Source: Raja brachyura (taxonomy: Eukaryota). From it: a stretch of DNA of 64,000 nucleotides. Below, one piece after another: positions 26,570 to 40,343 of this stretch; position 1 is the stretch's first letter, and every line of letters starts with the position of its first letter. Location: positions 23,994,001 to 24,058,000 of the forward strand of contig OY740805.1 in assembly GCA_963514005.1 (NCBI GenBank), in the 5' to 3' direction. The position numbers and the translations under genes were made by a program. The notes beneath the pieces are model-generated. The model saw only the letters and a program-made list of their open reading frames with translations, was not told the DNA's origin and searched no databases.

Positions 26570-28535
26570 GTGCTACCTGCCCTCTACACAACCTGTCCTG
26601 TACACTACCTGTCCCTACACTACCTGATCACTACACTACCTGGCCACATCTGTCACCTACGCTACCTGCTCACTACACTACTGCCCCCACTACTGTCCTT
26701 AGACTACCTGTCCCTATGCTACCTGTCCTTTACACTACCTGTCCCTACATTATCTGACCCTACACTACCTGTCCTTTACACCACCTGTCCCCTACACTAC
26801 CTGTCCCTACACTACCTGTCCTTTACACTACCTGTCCCTACACTGAAGAAGGGTCTCGACCCGAAACGTCGCCTATCTCCTTTGCTCCTTAGATGCTGCT
26901 GCACCTGCTGAGTTTCTCCAGCTTTTTGTGTAACCCCCTGTCCTCTACACTACCTGTCCCTACACTACCTGTCCTTTACACCACCTGTCCCCTACACTAC
27001 CTGTCCCTACACTACCTGTCCTTTACACCACCTGTCCCCTACACTACGTCCCTACACTACCTGTCCTTTATACCACCTGTCCCCTACACTACCTGTCCCT
27101 ACACTACCTGTCCTTTACACTACCTGTCCTTTACACCACCTGTCCCCACACCACCTGTCCCCTACACTACCTGTCCCTACACTACCTGTCCTTTACACTA
27201 CCTGCCCCTACACTACCTGTCCCTACACTACCTGTCCTTTACACCACCTGTCCCCTCACTACCTGTCCTTTACACTACCTGTCCCCTACACCACCTGTCC
27301 CTACACCACCTGTCCCTACACTACCTGTCCTTTATACCACCTGTCCCCTACACTACCTGTCCCTACACTACCTGTCCTTTATACCACCTGTCCCCTACAC
27401 TACCTGTCCCTACACTACCTGTCCTTTACACCACCTGTCCCCACACCACCTGTCCCTACACTACCTGTCCCTACACTACCTGTCCTTTATACCACCTGTC
27501 CCCTACACTACCTGTCCCTACACTACCTGTCCTTTACACCACCTGTCCCCTACACTACCTGTCCCTACACTACCTGTCCTTTACACCACCTGTCCCCTAC
27601 ACTACCTGTCCCTACACTACCTGTCCTTTACACTACCTGTCCTTTACACTACCTGTCCCTACACTACCTGTCCTTTACACCACCTGTCCCCTACACTACC
27701 TGTCCCTACACTACCTGTCCTTTACACCACCTGTCCTTTATACCACCTGTCCCTACACTACCTGTCCCTACACTACCTGTCCTTTACACTACCTGCCCCT
27801 ACACTACCTGCTCCGACACTATCTGCCCCTGACACTACCCGCCCCTGACACTACCTGTCCCCTAAACCACCTGTCCCTACACCATCTGTCCCTACACCAT
27901 CTATCCCTACCCCACCTGTCCCCTACACTACCTGTCCTTTACACTACCTGTCCCTACACTACCTGCCCCTACACTACCTGTCCCCACATTACCTGTCCCT
28001 ACACTACCTGCCCCTACACTACCTGCCCCGACACCACCTGTCCCCTACACTACCTGTCCCTACACTAGTGGAAGGGTCTCGACCTGAAACGTCGCCTATC
28101 TCCTTCGCTCCTTAGATGCTGCTGCACCCGCTGAGTTTCTCCAGCCTTTTGTGTAACCCTGTCCCTACACTACCTGTCTCTACACTACCTGTCCCTACAC
28201 TACCTGTCTCTACACTACCTGCCCCTATACTACCTGTCCCTACACTACCTGCCCCTATACTACCTGTCCCTACACTACCTGTCCCTACACTACCTGTCCC
28301 TATACTACCTGTCCCTATACTACCTGTCTCTACACCACCTGCCCCTACACCACCTGTCCCTACATTATCTGTCCCTACACTACCTGTCCTTTACACTACC
28401 TGTCCCTACACTATCTGTCCCTGCACTACCTGTCTCTACACTACCTGTCCCCGACAGTACCTGTCCCCGACAGTACCTGTCCCCTACTCTACCCGTCCCC
28501 TACACTACCTCTCCCTTCCACTACCTGTCTCATAC
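26570..28535. repeat. Minisatellite of 15-16 bp units (cctacactacctgtc and variants), about 2 kb
   Basis: Direct inspection; interrupted by Penelope mini-elements at 26843-26938 and 28070-28159, and resumes briefly near 29470-29570. Confidence 0.95.
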
Positions 28536-28544
28536 TTTGAAGGC

Positions 28545-29350
28545 CATTTACAACAAGGAAGCTCAACGCCAGCTAACCGTCACCCACAATGGGTCACCCC
28601 TACCCTGTAACCCATTTCCTACATACCTCGGGGTGAAACTAGATCGGCAGCTGACCTGCAAGCAACACCTTGAAGCTCTCAGTGCTAAAGTCTCGGCACG
28701 GAACAACCTCCTGCGTTGCATGGCTGGATTGTCAAGGGGCGCCAGGACATCTACTCTCCGAACCCGTGCTCTTGCACTCGTGTACAGCGCCGCTAATTCC
28801 ACCGCCGCAGCATGGTGTCGCAGCGCTCATACTAGCAAGCTACATGCAATCCTCAATCACCGTCTGCCTACATCCTACACCGACGGATCTTCTGCTGGTG
28901 CTCGCAGGTATCGCACCCGCCAAGTTTCGCAGAGAGTACTTCACCCACAGGCTGGTGTGCAAGACCCCATCGGACGCCAAACACCCTTTGCACCACCTCG
29001 CCCAGGGCTCAAAGCAACTAGGACCTCGACGCCTGTCATCTCGTCGCCTCTTCTCCCGTCACGCAGCGACCCTCTGTGGCTCCGGTTTCAACACACTAGG
29101 AGCATGGAGAACCAGCTGGGAACAGCCTTCACGACCTCCTCAATTCACTGTTGCACCGAACACCGCAGCCCCACCGGCTCGGACCTGCCACGCAAAGAGT
29201 GGGTCGCCCTGAACCAGCTCCGTACAGGGGTCGACCGTTTCAACGCCAACATGCATCGCTGAGGGCAGCCTGCATCTGTGGAGTAGACCAGCAAACAGCG
29301 CAGCATGTCATTTTCAATTGTGCTGTCCTCCGCTCCCCTGGTGGAGGGTT
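28545..29350 (+). mobile_element. Vingi/Ingi-clade LINE ORF fragment
   Basis: PTYLGVKLDRQLT...KVSARNNLLR...LRTRALALVYSAA...LAGIAPA...LPRKEWVALNQLRTGV...CICG..QQTAQHVIFNC. Confidence 0.75.
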
Positions 29351-29581
29351 AAGGGCCTGTCCCACTTGCATACGATTGCATGTGTTTGGTGCGACCAAAC
29401 GGAAGTGTAGTTCGCGCTAAGTTCACGGTAAGTACACGCTAAGTTTGCGCTAAGTTCACTCGTGACGTACACTACATACAGGTACACTTCTGCTCCTGCA
29501 CTACATATGCACCTGTTTCCTACACTACCTGTCCCCTATACTACTGGTTCTCTACACTACCTATCCACAATTTCCCCCTAA

Positions 29582-29885
29582 ATGGTGGCACAGCGGTGGA
29601 GTTGCTGCCTTACCCGCACCAGAGACCCGGGTTCAATCCTGACTAAGGGGGCGGTCTGTACGGAGTTTGTACGTTCTCCCCATGACCTGCGTGGGTTTTC
29701 TTCGGGTGCTCCGGTTTCACCCGACACTCCAAAGACGGACAGGCTTGTAGGTTAATTGGCTTGGTATAATTGTAAATTGTTCCCAGTGTGTGGGTTAACG
29801 CTAATGTGCGGGGATCGCTGGTCGGCGCGGACTTGGTGGGTCGAAGGGCCTGTTTCCGCGCTGTACCTCTAAACTAAACTAAACT
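29582..29885 (+). mobile_element. Full-length tRNA-derived V-SINE (HE1-like)
   Basis: tRNA-like head with B box gggttcaatcc, V-domain, CR1-derived tail and (taaac)n end. Confidence 0.88.
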
Positions 29886-30609
29886 TCATACCTCTAAACT
29901 TAACTAAACTTCATACCCCCCACACTACCTGCCTCCGTTGCCTGCTGTTTTTTAGGGGTTTTTTGGAATTGAATGATTGCAGAGGGCAATTAAGACCCAA
30001 CCACAATGAACAGCCAATGCCATTAAGCATGGCATATTTCCTTTCAACAGGAGATTAAAGTATCACTTTAAGTACCACTGGTTTTCATAAAATGTATGAC
30101 TTTATTTCCACATTTCATTTAGTTTAAAAGAAGAAAAAGTCTGAAGAAGGGTCTCGACCCGAAACGTCGCCTATCTCCTTCGCTCCTTAGATGCTGCTGC
30201 ATCCGCTGAGTTTCTCCAGATTTTTGTGTAACCCTTTCATTTAGTTTAGTTTAGAGATATAGTGCGGAAACTGGCCCTTCGGCCCACCGAGTCTGCAGCG
30301 ATCCCCCAACATTAACACTGTCCGACACACACGCTAATACTGTTCGCCTTTGGAGCGTGAGAGGAAACCGAAACATAGAAACATAGAAAATAGGCTGATC
30401 GTGGCTGCTCGTCCCCGATCAATAACCTGTGCCTGCCTTCTCCCCATATCCCTTGACTCCACTATCCCCTAGAGCTCTATCTAACTCTCTCTTAAATCCA
30501 TCCAGTGACTTGGCCTCCACTGCCCTCTGTGGCAGGGAATTCCATAAATTCACAACTCTCTGGGTGGAAAAGTTTTTTCACACCTCAGTCTTAAATGACC
30601 TCCCCTTTA

Positions 30610-31638
30610 TAGGTATGTTACAATACCTACCTTTAGCAGTGCTGCAGTTCTGCCGCTCCCCGCGTGCGTGACTTGTCGCCTTTCAGAGGGGGGCGGGTTT
30701 AAAATGCCGATTTTTTTCTAGGCAGTCCAAATCAATCCATGTCGGGCGATTTCGTCGCTAAAAAGAAATCACTCCGACATTTCATTCATAAAGGTATTTT
30801 TAAACTACGCTAGATTATTTATTAACTAGAGTAGTTTAAAAATCATCTTCTAAAGCTCTGAACGATGACAGCAGAACGGACCTAAGGTAGGTGATAAAAG
30901 AAGCTACAGTTTATTTTTACATAAAACTTGGTTTTTAGGAAACCTTTAATCACATTTTCATGTTGCGAAAAGAGGACCAAAAAAAATGTATGAACTGGCT
31001 GATTTTTCATTCTGACTTCACCGCAAACCGCAATGTTCTAATCCACCGCATTCCACTAAAACCCACTCGCTAGTTGATTTAAATGGCCATTAATTTACAG
31101 GCATTAAACACTAAATTCCTTCCATTTGGCCTAGAAATTCATGAAAATGAGATTTAAAAATTATGTTATATTGTGGATTATTGTGTGAATGTTATTTGGA
31201 CACTTAGGCAGTTTAAAAAAAGTTTATCTTTTCTTAAGAAATTGATAGATGTTTAGATCTACTCATTGCATTTTGTAATTAGCTACAATTAGATAACTAA
31301 CTAATTATATGCTTTAATTTCAGGTCATCCTAGTAAGATTGTTTCATATTTGTTTCAGAATGCTTCAATCTATAATAACTGAAAATTTCATTGAGCTCTT
31401 AATTTTTAAGAAAGTTATGGGCTTTTAACTGTTCTAGATCACAGCTTTTGAGTTAAGTCAATTGAAAGGCAATGGGGAACAAGATGCTAATTTCCGAATA
31501 TGAAAATGGTCATAACTTTCTTAATACTGAAGATATGAAAGTGAATTAGGTGTCAAATTAAACTTCTTTTTATGCTTCATCTGATGGGATAAATTGCAGA
31601 CTTGATTTTTAAAATCTCAAAATTTTGTAACATTGCTA
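30610..31638. mobile_element. AT-rich non-autonomous DNA transposon, superfamily uncertain, inserted in a CR1
   Basis: Imperfect TIR taggtatgttacaa / ttgtaacattgcta; 7-bp TSD cccttta (30603-30609 and 31639-31645). Confidence 0.65.
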
Positions 31639-32592
31639 CCCTTTATTCTAAGAAAGATCTCGGAGAAAACCCACGCGGTCTTGGGGAGAACGTACAAACT
31701 CTGTACAGACAGCAGCCGTAGTTGGGATTGAAGCGGAGTTTCTGGTGCCGCAAGTGCTGTAAGGCAGGAACTCTACCCCTGCGCCACCGTGCCGCCCTAA
31801 TATTTTTTCATATTTTTAGATTTATCACCATGTGCTATGGTGGGATTCGACCCGTCCTAACTTATTTTGTCATTAATACGGAGATAACACCACTACGCCA
31901 TCATCTCCCTGGTGAGCCTGGTGTTGACCAATCGCTCTTCTCTCTGTGGGGTGACTAGTTCACTAAATTATGTTCTCGGCCCCACAGATGTTCCACAGCG
32001 GATCCATCAGTAATGCATGAAGGCATTTCTTCTCAACACATTCCTGCAGGTTCGATCGTTATATATTTTTATGTCTGTGAGCCTCATGTATAAATCATCT
32101 CAGCCAGCTCAGTTTAGTTTATTGTCGCGTGCACCAAGGTACCAGTGAAAAGCTCTTTGTTGTGTGCTAACCAGTCAGCAGAAAGACATTTTTTGATTGC
32201 AATCAATCAATTTACAGTGTATAGACACATGATAAGGGTATAACATTTATTGCAAGGTAAAGCCAGCATAGTCCGAGGGACATCAAAAAGGTAGATAGTA
32301 GTTCAGCACTGCTCACTGGTTGTGGTCGGATGATTCAGTTGCCTGATCTCAACTGGAGGAAACATCATCATTACATAGAAAACAAAGAACATAGAAAAAT
32401 AGGTGCAGGAGTAGGCCATTCGGCCCTTCGAGCCTGCACCGCCATTCAATGTGGTCATGGCTGATCATCCAACTCAGTATCCCGTACCTGCCTTCTCTCC
32501 ATACCCTCTGATCATTTTAGCCACAAGTGCCACATCTAACGCCCTCTTAAATATAGCCAATGAACTGGCCTCAACTACCTTCTGTGGCAGAG

Positions 32593-35500
32593 AATAGTGA
32601 GATTGAACGAGAACTTACCAGGTTGAAGGTTGATCTTTATTTCATGAGGAGTTGCGGTGAGGGATTTCGTGAAGAGCCCGCCTGCACGCATGCGCGACAT
32701 TCTTCAAAGTAGCGGTGTGGAATCACAGAAAACAACAACAGAAATGATTTGGCATAGTAAGATTGAAAGAGACTCTAATTACCAGTTGAGGATGATCGAG
32801 GGTTGGGAGCGGAGGGCACGAAATCCCTCACCGCAACTCCTCATGAAATAAAGATCAACCTTCGAACTGGTAAGTTCTCGTTCAATCTCACTATTTCATT
32901 TCGGAGTCACGTGAGTGACTTCGTGAAGACTTCAAAGCTTCTGTGATTCCGCGCCCTGGACCACGTCCATGCTGTCACACACCACTTATGAGGATGGATA
33001 GGAGTAATCAATTGTCCAGACTGCTTGTACTGAAAGACAAGAGCAACATTGGTTAACAACAAAAGAAAACCCCTTATGCGGGGACATCTCCACGTTCTTG
33101 ACCTGCATTCAGCACGGCTTCGGCGAACTGTAGAGGAGCGGCAACACATGTATTGGAGAACCGCTGGAAGGTGGCTTCGTACGCCATCCTACTGTGGCAA
33201 GAATATGGTCCATGGGCACCTCCATGACCCTTGCCTCCGACGTTGATGCATGCCCTGGTGGAATGGGATGTGAAGATATTAGTGTCAACACGTGACTTAC
33301 CCAAGACGATCCTGAGCCACCTGGATATCATCTGGACCGTCACTCCATGGTGAGGGTTCTCCATTCCTCCAGTTTTCTCGTCACTTTCACAAAGTGACGG
33401 ATATGGGCGGCTAAATATAGCCGTGCATCAGCGGGGTATGCCCGGAACTTCAGCTGCAGCCCTGTGTACCCAGGTCTATGCTGCTTGAGTAGCTCGTCCA
33501 TGACGAAGACTACTTCCGCAGGGGTAGAGATCATCCTGTCGATCTGGACTTTGCGGAGTGTCTGTACCCTCTGTGCTGAAATCAGTGCCAGTAACATAAC
33601 CAGCTTCAGGGTGAGTTAGTCCAGTTCCAGGCCCTCCATGGGCAACCACGTCCTGAGCAGGGTGAGTATTTCCCCGATATCCCAGGTGATATTATAGCGT
33701 GGTCTGGGCGGATTCGAATTGAATATTTCCCGCATGAGTCTGGACACCAGCCTGTTGGATCCTACTTTAATAGTGAGGTAGAATGACAGCGCACTTGAGG
33801 CGCTGTTGATGGCACTGTAACTCAGGTGCTCATTATGATGCAACCCCGGTAGAATTCCAACACGACGGTTATGGTTACAGCGTCGTAGGTAATATGGGAG
33901 CGGCCGCAGTAGGTTTCCCCTTTACGAACGTGAGAGAGATATTGCCGCCTGGTGAACTCCCAGCATGACGCTCCGATGGTATCCAAGGTTCTAGATGATA
34001 TGCCATACCGCAGTAATGGCCTGTGCAGAACCTTCAAGCCAGCAAGGTTAGATGACTGTGGCAGGGATGTGGTCCCCCTGAGAAAGGGTTTGTACCAATT
34101 GTGGGCAACCCTCGAAGAGGACCCAAGGTTGACGGATCATATCAAGGACCACCGGATACCATGGCTGCGTAGGCCAGTCGGGTATGATAAGAAACCCCTT
34201 AGCAGCATTGGTCTGGATACCCGCCACACCCGACTGACGAGGCAAAATGGAGGAAAGGCATAGAAACCCATATCCCTCAGTCCAGCGAGACGCCTCCATC
34301 GCCATTGCCCCAGGATCGGGTCCCACAAACGTATGTTGGTACCTGATGGTTCAACCGTGACGCAAAGAGGTCGATATCCGGTTCACCAAATTTGGCAGTA
34401 AATTTTAGCGGATATATGGAGATTCATCATCCACTTGATGTGGTCATAGAGTATGCGCGACCTGATGTCCGCCAGTGTATAGAGCTCACCTGGGAAACAG
34501 GTAGCTGAAATCCAAATAGTTCGTTGAACACACCAGAGCCAAATTATATCTGTCAATCCATCACATGAAAGTGACCTGGTACCGCCCATATGGGTGAGAT
34601 ATGCCACCGCAGTGGTATTATTCATTTGGAGACGGACATGAGCATCAGTAAGGCTAGGACAAGAAGCTCGAAGTCCGTGAAATGCTCCCAGCATCTCCAA
34701 ATAGTTTATCCCTTGTGACAACAAGAAGGTAAATTCAAGGGTGTCCCATCTGCCCTCACAACTGGAGCAGTTGCCCATAGCACCCCGGACATGGGAGCTT
34801 GCGTCTGTTTGGAAGTATACCATCGGATTGGCCAAAATGATGGATTTAAGTGAGACATAAATATTGTCAATTCTCCATTGTAACGCAATCTGTGCCTTGA
34901 AGGCAGCTGCATTGGTCTATCAGCTGGAAAAAAGCTACAATCTTGCCAATCACCGTAGAAGTTTGATGAATTGATGGTATACTAGCCCAGACTAGACCCT
35001 AGCATAGTTGGGTGGCCCTCACGTGATTGGAATCCACCATAACACCAGATACCCTTAACCTGTGAAGGGCAGGACGTTGATTTATCTGGATGGGTAATGA
35101 ACCCCATTTGGTGAAACCCGTCCACGAGCTGACACTGCCAGATCGGCTAATTCCCAATAATTAGGACAACACTTAGACAGGCGAACACTATGTGATTTTG
35201 TCACCTAGTGTAACCAGAATTAATTATAGCAATTTCAGAATAATCTAGGGGTGTGTAAGCCCATTTGGCAAAGCTCTGTAGAACCAGAACCGATCCATCC
35301 AGATAAATAACAAGAACGTCCTGTGGCATTTCTGAATGGATACTGAATAGCACGCATCTTTAATCAATGCATGCCACAAAGCAGCCCCCCAGAACCCAAG
35401 AACTTAGATGTCTGGAACGTTTCCAGTTTGAAAATGGGTATATTCTACAAAGTATTCAAATGGCGCAAAGCAAAAAATAAGTCGACATCCTCCATCCCTC

Positions 35501-37731
35501 CTTGTGACTGTAAATTATTCAGCCTAGCCTACTGCCACTTATTGCTGGACAGTATAAATTTCGGATCTGCATACGCTGGGATGGAGGGATGTCACCATTG
35601 ATGAAATTCAATCGCATAGCCTTGAATACTTTGTAAGATAAACTCATCAGACATGATGGGACCGCATGCCCCCGGAAAGAGCAGTAGTTCCCCACCAACA
35701 TGTGAAATTCAACATGCAAGAGCACGAAATCCAGACCACCTTACCGTCATGGTTATCGGCGGCCCTTGAGATGCATGGCCGTATGTGGAGGTGCTGGATT
35801 CTGAAATTTGAGGCGGAGCTGGAGCGGAGGCCCTTGCTGGCCTCATGGCAGTGCCTTCCTGGTCGAGAGATGGGACCACATGAGTCCCACCAACCCTCTT
35901 GGAGAAGTCTTCCCCGAAATGTTTTGATTCTGTTGCAGGAGGGGCTCCAACATCCGCTCCATCCTGGCCAATACGCCCCTTGAGCTAAGAACTCGGGCGG
36001 ACGGAGTCCTCATGTTCTGCTGAACTGCTGGGGCTTCGTCCATCGGCCCGCACCTCATCGAGGTGAACCTGGTGCCGGAAGTTGTCGCCGGTAGCCGCTG
36101 CAGCGAAGCTGAGCGATTCCCGCGCGGGAGGTACACTCAAACGCCTCCCCGGCGGAGCTTGGTCTCGCTGCCTCGGAGGGCGAATGCGATGGGAAGTCGG
36201 CACCTGACTTAGCATGGAGATCCGACGCCCGCGCGGGCTTGCCGGCTGCCCATATCATGGACCTAGCCAACGCATAGTCTCGTCCTCCCATCCATGGGGG
36301 ACTCGGCGACCGTGGCGTATGGGCTCGTTGAAGGGAGGAGCAGTTCACTGGCCTTAGTGTCTGCTGACGGTTCTTAGCTACTGCTGACGATGGTTAACCT
36401 CCCTGTGCCTACTGGAGCTGGATGGCTCCTCTCCAGTAGCCGCGTCATGCGGCCATACGCCCTTCACCCTGAACACTGGGGTGGTCGGAGACCTCCGGCT
36501 CAGAAAGATTGCCGGGGCTCCTTTCATCGGCCCGCACCTCTGAGAAGTGATCTCGGTGCCGGAAGTTGTCGCTATCGGCCGCCGCAGCGAAACCGCGCGA
36601 TTCCCGCGCGGGAAAGGTGTTCAACCGTCTCCGTTTAACGGGAGCGGAAGCCGTTGCCACAAAGGGCCCTGACGGCTTGGGGTCAACTCCAGCAGAAGCA
36701 TGGAGCGACGCCCGCGCGGGCTTGCCGGCTGTCCACATCGTGGACCTTGCCGACGCACGGTCTTGTCCCCCCCATCCACGGGGGACTCGGCGACCGAGTC
36801 GGGACCGTACCCAAGCCCCCCGTCCCGGCGGCGGGGTTTGGGAGTTGGGTAGTAGACCTCACAGACCCAGGTCCCGCCGTTGCACCAGACCGCACCATGG
36901 CGGCTGGTGGAGCCTTGGCCCGAACCGGGTTTAGGCTTACGGGCTCCTCCCCTGCCCTTCAACGAAGGGCTAGCGGAGGGGGGTCGGGCCGCAGCACGAC
37001 CCCTTCCCCGTGGTCGCCAATGGCGAACTTGTGGCAGGGTCCACCCTTTCGAGAGGCACCCCGTTCTCGGCTCCTGGAATCAGCACTGGAGCTCCTGCTC
37101 CTCGAATCAGCACTGGAGCTCCTGCTCCTTGAATCAGCACTGGAGCTCCTGCTCCTGGAATCAGCACTGGAGCTCCCGCTCCTCGAATCAGCACTGGAGC
37201 TCCTGCTCCTCGAATCAGCACTGGAGCTCCTGCTCCTTGAATCAGCACCGGAGCTCCTGCATAGCGGCGGGTCGGGCCCGGTAACAACAGGGCTCCCCGA
37301 CATCCACGCCCATTTCCCGGCCACGTACCTGTAGGGAGAGAACATAACATACACCCGCCACAACAAGACACCAACTCCCACTGGAGCTCCGGTGTATCGG
37401 CGGGTCGGGCCCTGTACCAACAGGGCTCCCCGACTACCACGCCTGTTTCCCGGCCCGACTTGCAGGTGAGCCGCTGAGAAGGGCTCCGGGATAAGTGGCC
37501 GGCGACTGCAATCCACGTTCCTGTAGGGAGAGAACACACTGCTCCCCCCCCCCCCCCCAACAGGAAAAACCAACTCTAGGGGGCTTAGCCTTACCCGAGT
37601 TGGCCCTCTGAAGGGCTGGTCGGGAGCCGCGCTCCCCACCAGCCGTCGGCACCAATGCAATGCGACGATATGTCGCGCATGCGTGCAGGCGGGCTCTTCA
37701 CGAAGTCACTCACGTGACTCCGAAATGAAAT
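32593..37731 (-). mobile_element. DIRS1-type tyrosine-recombinase retrotransposon, full-length with decayed ORFs
   Basis: Tyrosine recombinase (MLLALISAQRVQTL; FTSHSTR), methyltransferase-like (FYAFPPF), RNase H (FQTDASS...INYLEM). Perfect 35-bp ITR at 32666-32700 and 37670-37704. Internal complementary region 32818-32928 matches both termini. Confidence 0.9.
37070..37260. repeat. 27-bp tandem repeat, about 7 copies, inside the DIRS 5' region
   Basis: (gaatcagcactggagctcctgctcctN)n, translating as LLESALELL or SRSRSSSAD repeats. Confidence 0.9.
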
Positions 37732-40250
37732 TACATTTAACTTGCCATACTCTGTACCAAAGAAAGGCCCCAAACCGAACCATTGCATGTTCATTCCCCC
37801 CCACTGCCCTGGATGCTACCTAATCCATTGAGTTCCACAACCACGGGTACACAAAAGTGGAAAAACTCAGCGGGTGCAGCAGCATCTAAGGAGCGAAGGA
37901 TATAGGCGCGTTTCGGGTCGAGACCCTTCTTCAGACAACCACTGAGTTCCACAACCACTTTGTGTTTTGCTCAAGATTCCAGCATCTGCCCTTCCTTGTG
38001 TCTCTGTAAGAGTCCCTTATGTTTTAGAGTCATACAGAGTGGAAACAGGCCCTTCGGCCCAACATGTCCCAGCTACACTAGTCCCATCTACCTGTGTTTG
38101 GTCCATATCCCTCCAAACCTGTCCTATCCATGTACCTGTCTAACTGTTTCTTAAATGTTGGGATAGTCCCTGCCTCAACTACCTCCTCTGGCACCTCATT
38201 CCATACACCCGCCACCCTTTGTGTGGAAAAAGTTACCCATCAGATTCCTATTCCTCTCTTCACCTTAAACCAATATCCTCTGGACCTCGATTCTCCTACT
38301 CTGGGCAAGAGACTCTGTTCGTCTACCCGATGTATTCCTTTCATGATTTTATGCACCCATATAAGATCACCCTTCACCCACCTGCTCTCCAAGGAATTGA
38401 GTCCCAGCCTACCCAACCTCTAACCGATAGCCCAGACCCTCAAGTCCTGGCAACATTCTCGTAAATCTTCTCTGTACACCAACCAGATCACTCTTCGAAA
38501 CTGAAGATGATAAGCAAATAATATTCTGATGTGCTTTTAATTGATTTTTATTATAATTTCTTTTTATTACCCATTGTATAATAGATAATCGTATTTTGAC
38601 ATCCATTTAATATATTTGTATTCAAGATATTATACAATATATGAAAAAATTTACAGCAAAAACAGGTGATCTTAAAAAGACACCAGGACTCGCTAGAATT
38701 TAGAAGATTGAGGGGGGATCTTATAAAAACGTACAAACTTCTTAAGGGGTTGGACAGGCTAGATGCAGGAAGATTGTTCCCGATGTTGGGGAGGTCCAGA
38801 ACAAGGGGGTCACAGTTTAAGGATAAGGGAGAATTCCTTTAGGACCGAGATGAGGACAAAATTTTCCACACAGAGAGTGGTGAGTCTCTGGAATTCTCTG
38901 CCACAGAAGGTAGTTGAGGCCAGTACATTGGCTCAATTTAGAGGGAGTTAGATGTGGTCCTTGTTGCTAAAGGGATCAGGGGGTATGGAGAGAAGGCAGG
39001 TACAGGATACTGAGTTGAATGCTCAGCCATGATCTTATTGAATGGCGGTGCAGGCTCGAAGGGCCTACTCCTGCACCTATTTTCAATGTATCTCTGTTTC
39101 AATGATAAAGACCCTGGTGAGTTTAAAGGGAGCATGGATAACAGAACCCAGCATTTTAAAGGATCAATAGAACTGGGCTCCAGTGTGTGAGAGAGAGAGG
39201 GTGGGAGTCAGCTTCTGCCTCATGTGGACTACCAGGATTTGCAAATAATTGGATAGTGGACAATCGGTATTTGACTGTATTGTGGAACTGAGAAAAAGCA
39301 TTAATCACAAAAGCTGGTGTAACTCAGCAGGTCAGGCAGCATCTATGGGGGAAAGGAATAGCTGACGCTTTGGGCTCAGACCCTTCTTGAGACCGTGAGT
39401 CAGGAGGGAGGGAAACTTAAGAGATATGAAAAGTAAAAGTGATATCTCAGATCAAAAGGCCTGGACAGCAGAGTGGTTGTGGAGAGGATGATTCCAGTAG
39501 TGGAAGATTCTATGACCAGAGGGCACAGCCGCAGAATAAGAGGACGTGCCATTGGAATGGAGATGAAGAGGAATTTCTTGATCCTGGTGAATCTGTAGAA
39601 TCCATTACCACAGGTGACTGTGGAGGTTAGGTTATTGGATATTTTTAAAGCGGAGATTGATAGGCTCTTGATTAGCAAGAGGGTCAAAGGTTACAGCGGG
39701 AAGAAAGGAGCATGGGATTGAGAGGGGAAAAAAGATCAGCTTTGAATGTATGACAGAGCAAACTTGGTGGACTCAATGGCCTAATTCCAGTCCAATGACT
39801 CATGATCTTGTGAAAAGCTCAGGCCTGGCACAAAGCTTGCAGTCCACAGGGCAGCAGTGATCACCGATCTTCTATATGTTTCTGGGACTATCTATTGTAC
39901 AACATCCATGGATGCTCCGTGACCTGCTGAGTGGTTCCCTTTTTTTATTTCGGAGTGCTCTCTGTACGGAGTTTGCACGTTCTCACTGAGACGGTGTGCG
40001 TTTTCTCAGGGTGCTCCGGTTTCCTCCCACACTCCAAAGATGTGCGGGCTTGTAGGTTAATTGGCTCCAGTCAAAATTATAAATTGCCCCTAGCGCGTAG
40101 GATAGTGCTAGTATAAGGGGTGATCGCTGGTCAGCGCAGACTCAGTGGGCCGAGGGGTCTGTTTCCACACTATATTTCTAAAGTCTGAATAATCATGCAT
40201 TCCAATGAGAGGGCACCTGTACACTCGAGTAGGGTCCATGATCCACTGAA

Positions 40251-40343
40251 GCATAGGCAAAATGCTGGAGTAAATCAGCGGGACGCAGCATCTCTGGAGA
40301 GAAGGAATGGGTGACGTTTCGGGTCGGGACCCTCATTCAGACT
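40251..40343 (-). mobile_element. Penelope-derived mini-element overlapping the predicted MHC stop codon
   Basis: Minus strand reads agtcTGAatgagggtcccgacccgaaacgtcacccattccttctctccagagatgctgc...ctccagcattttg. Confidence 0.7.

Noticed and set aside
25983-26591. 202-aa Gln/Cys/Ser-rich ORF
   Set aside because: It is a degenerate low-complexity repeat (gtgctgcactgttgg-like) that also occurs near 22200, 23400 and 41540.
26893-28068. 391-aa ORF with TTCPY/TLPVP/LHYLS repeats (looks mucin- or keratin-associated-like)
   Set aside because: It is the translation of a minisatellite whose unit lacks stop codons, and it starts inside a Penelope mini-element.
26570-28535. CRISPR-like regular repeats
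   Set aside because: There are no unique spacers, the units are contiguous, and the context is vertebrate.
29582-29660. tRNA gene
   Set aside because: It is the tRNA-derived head of a V-SINE and is continuous with the SINE body and tail.
36654-37660. Leucine-zipper-like (LLESALE) and SR-rich (SRSRSSSAD) ORFs
   Set aside because: Both come from a 27-bp tandem repeat inside the DIRS element, not from host genes.
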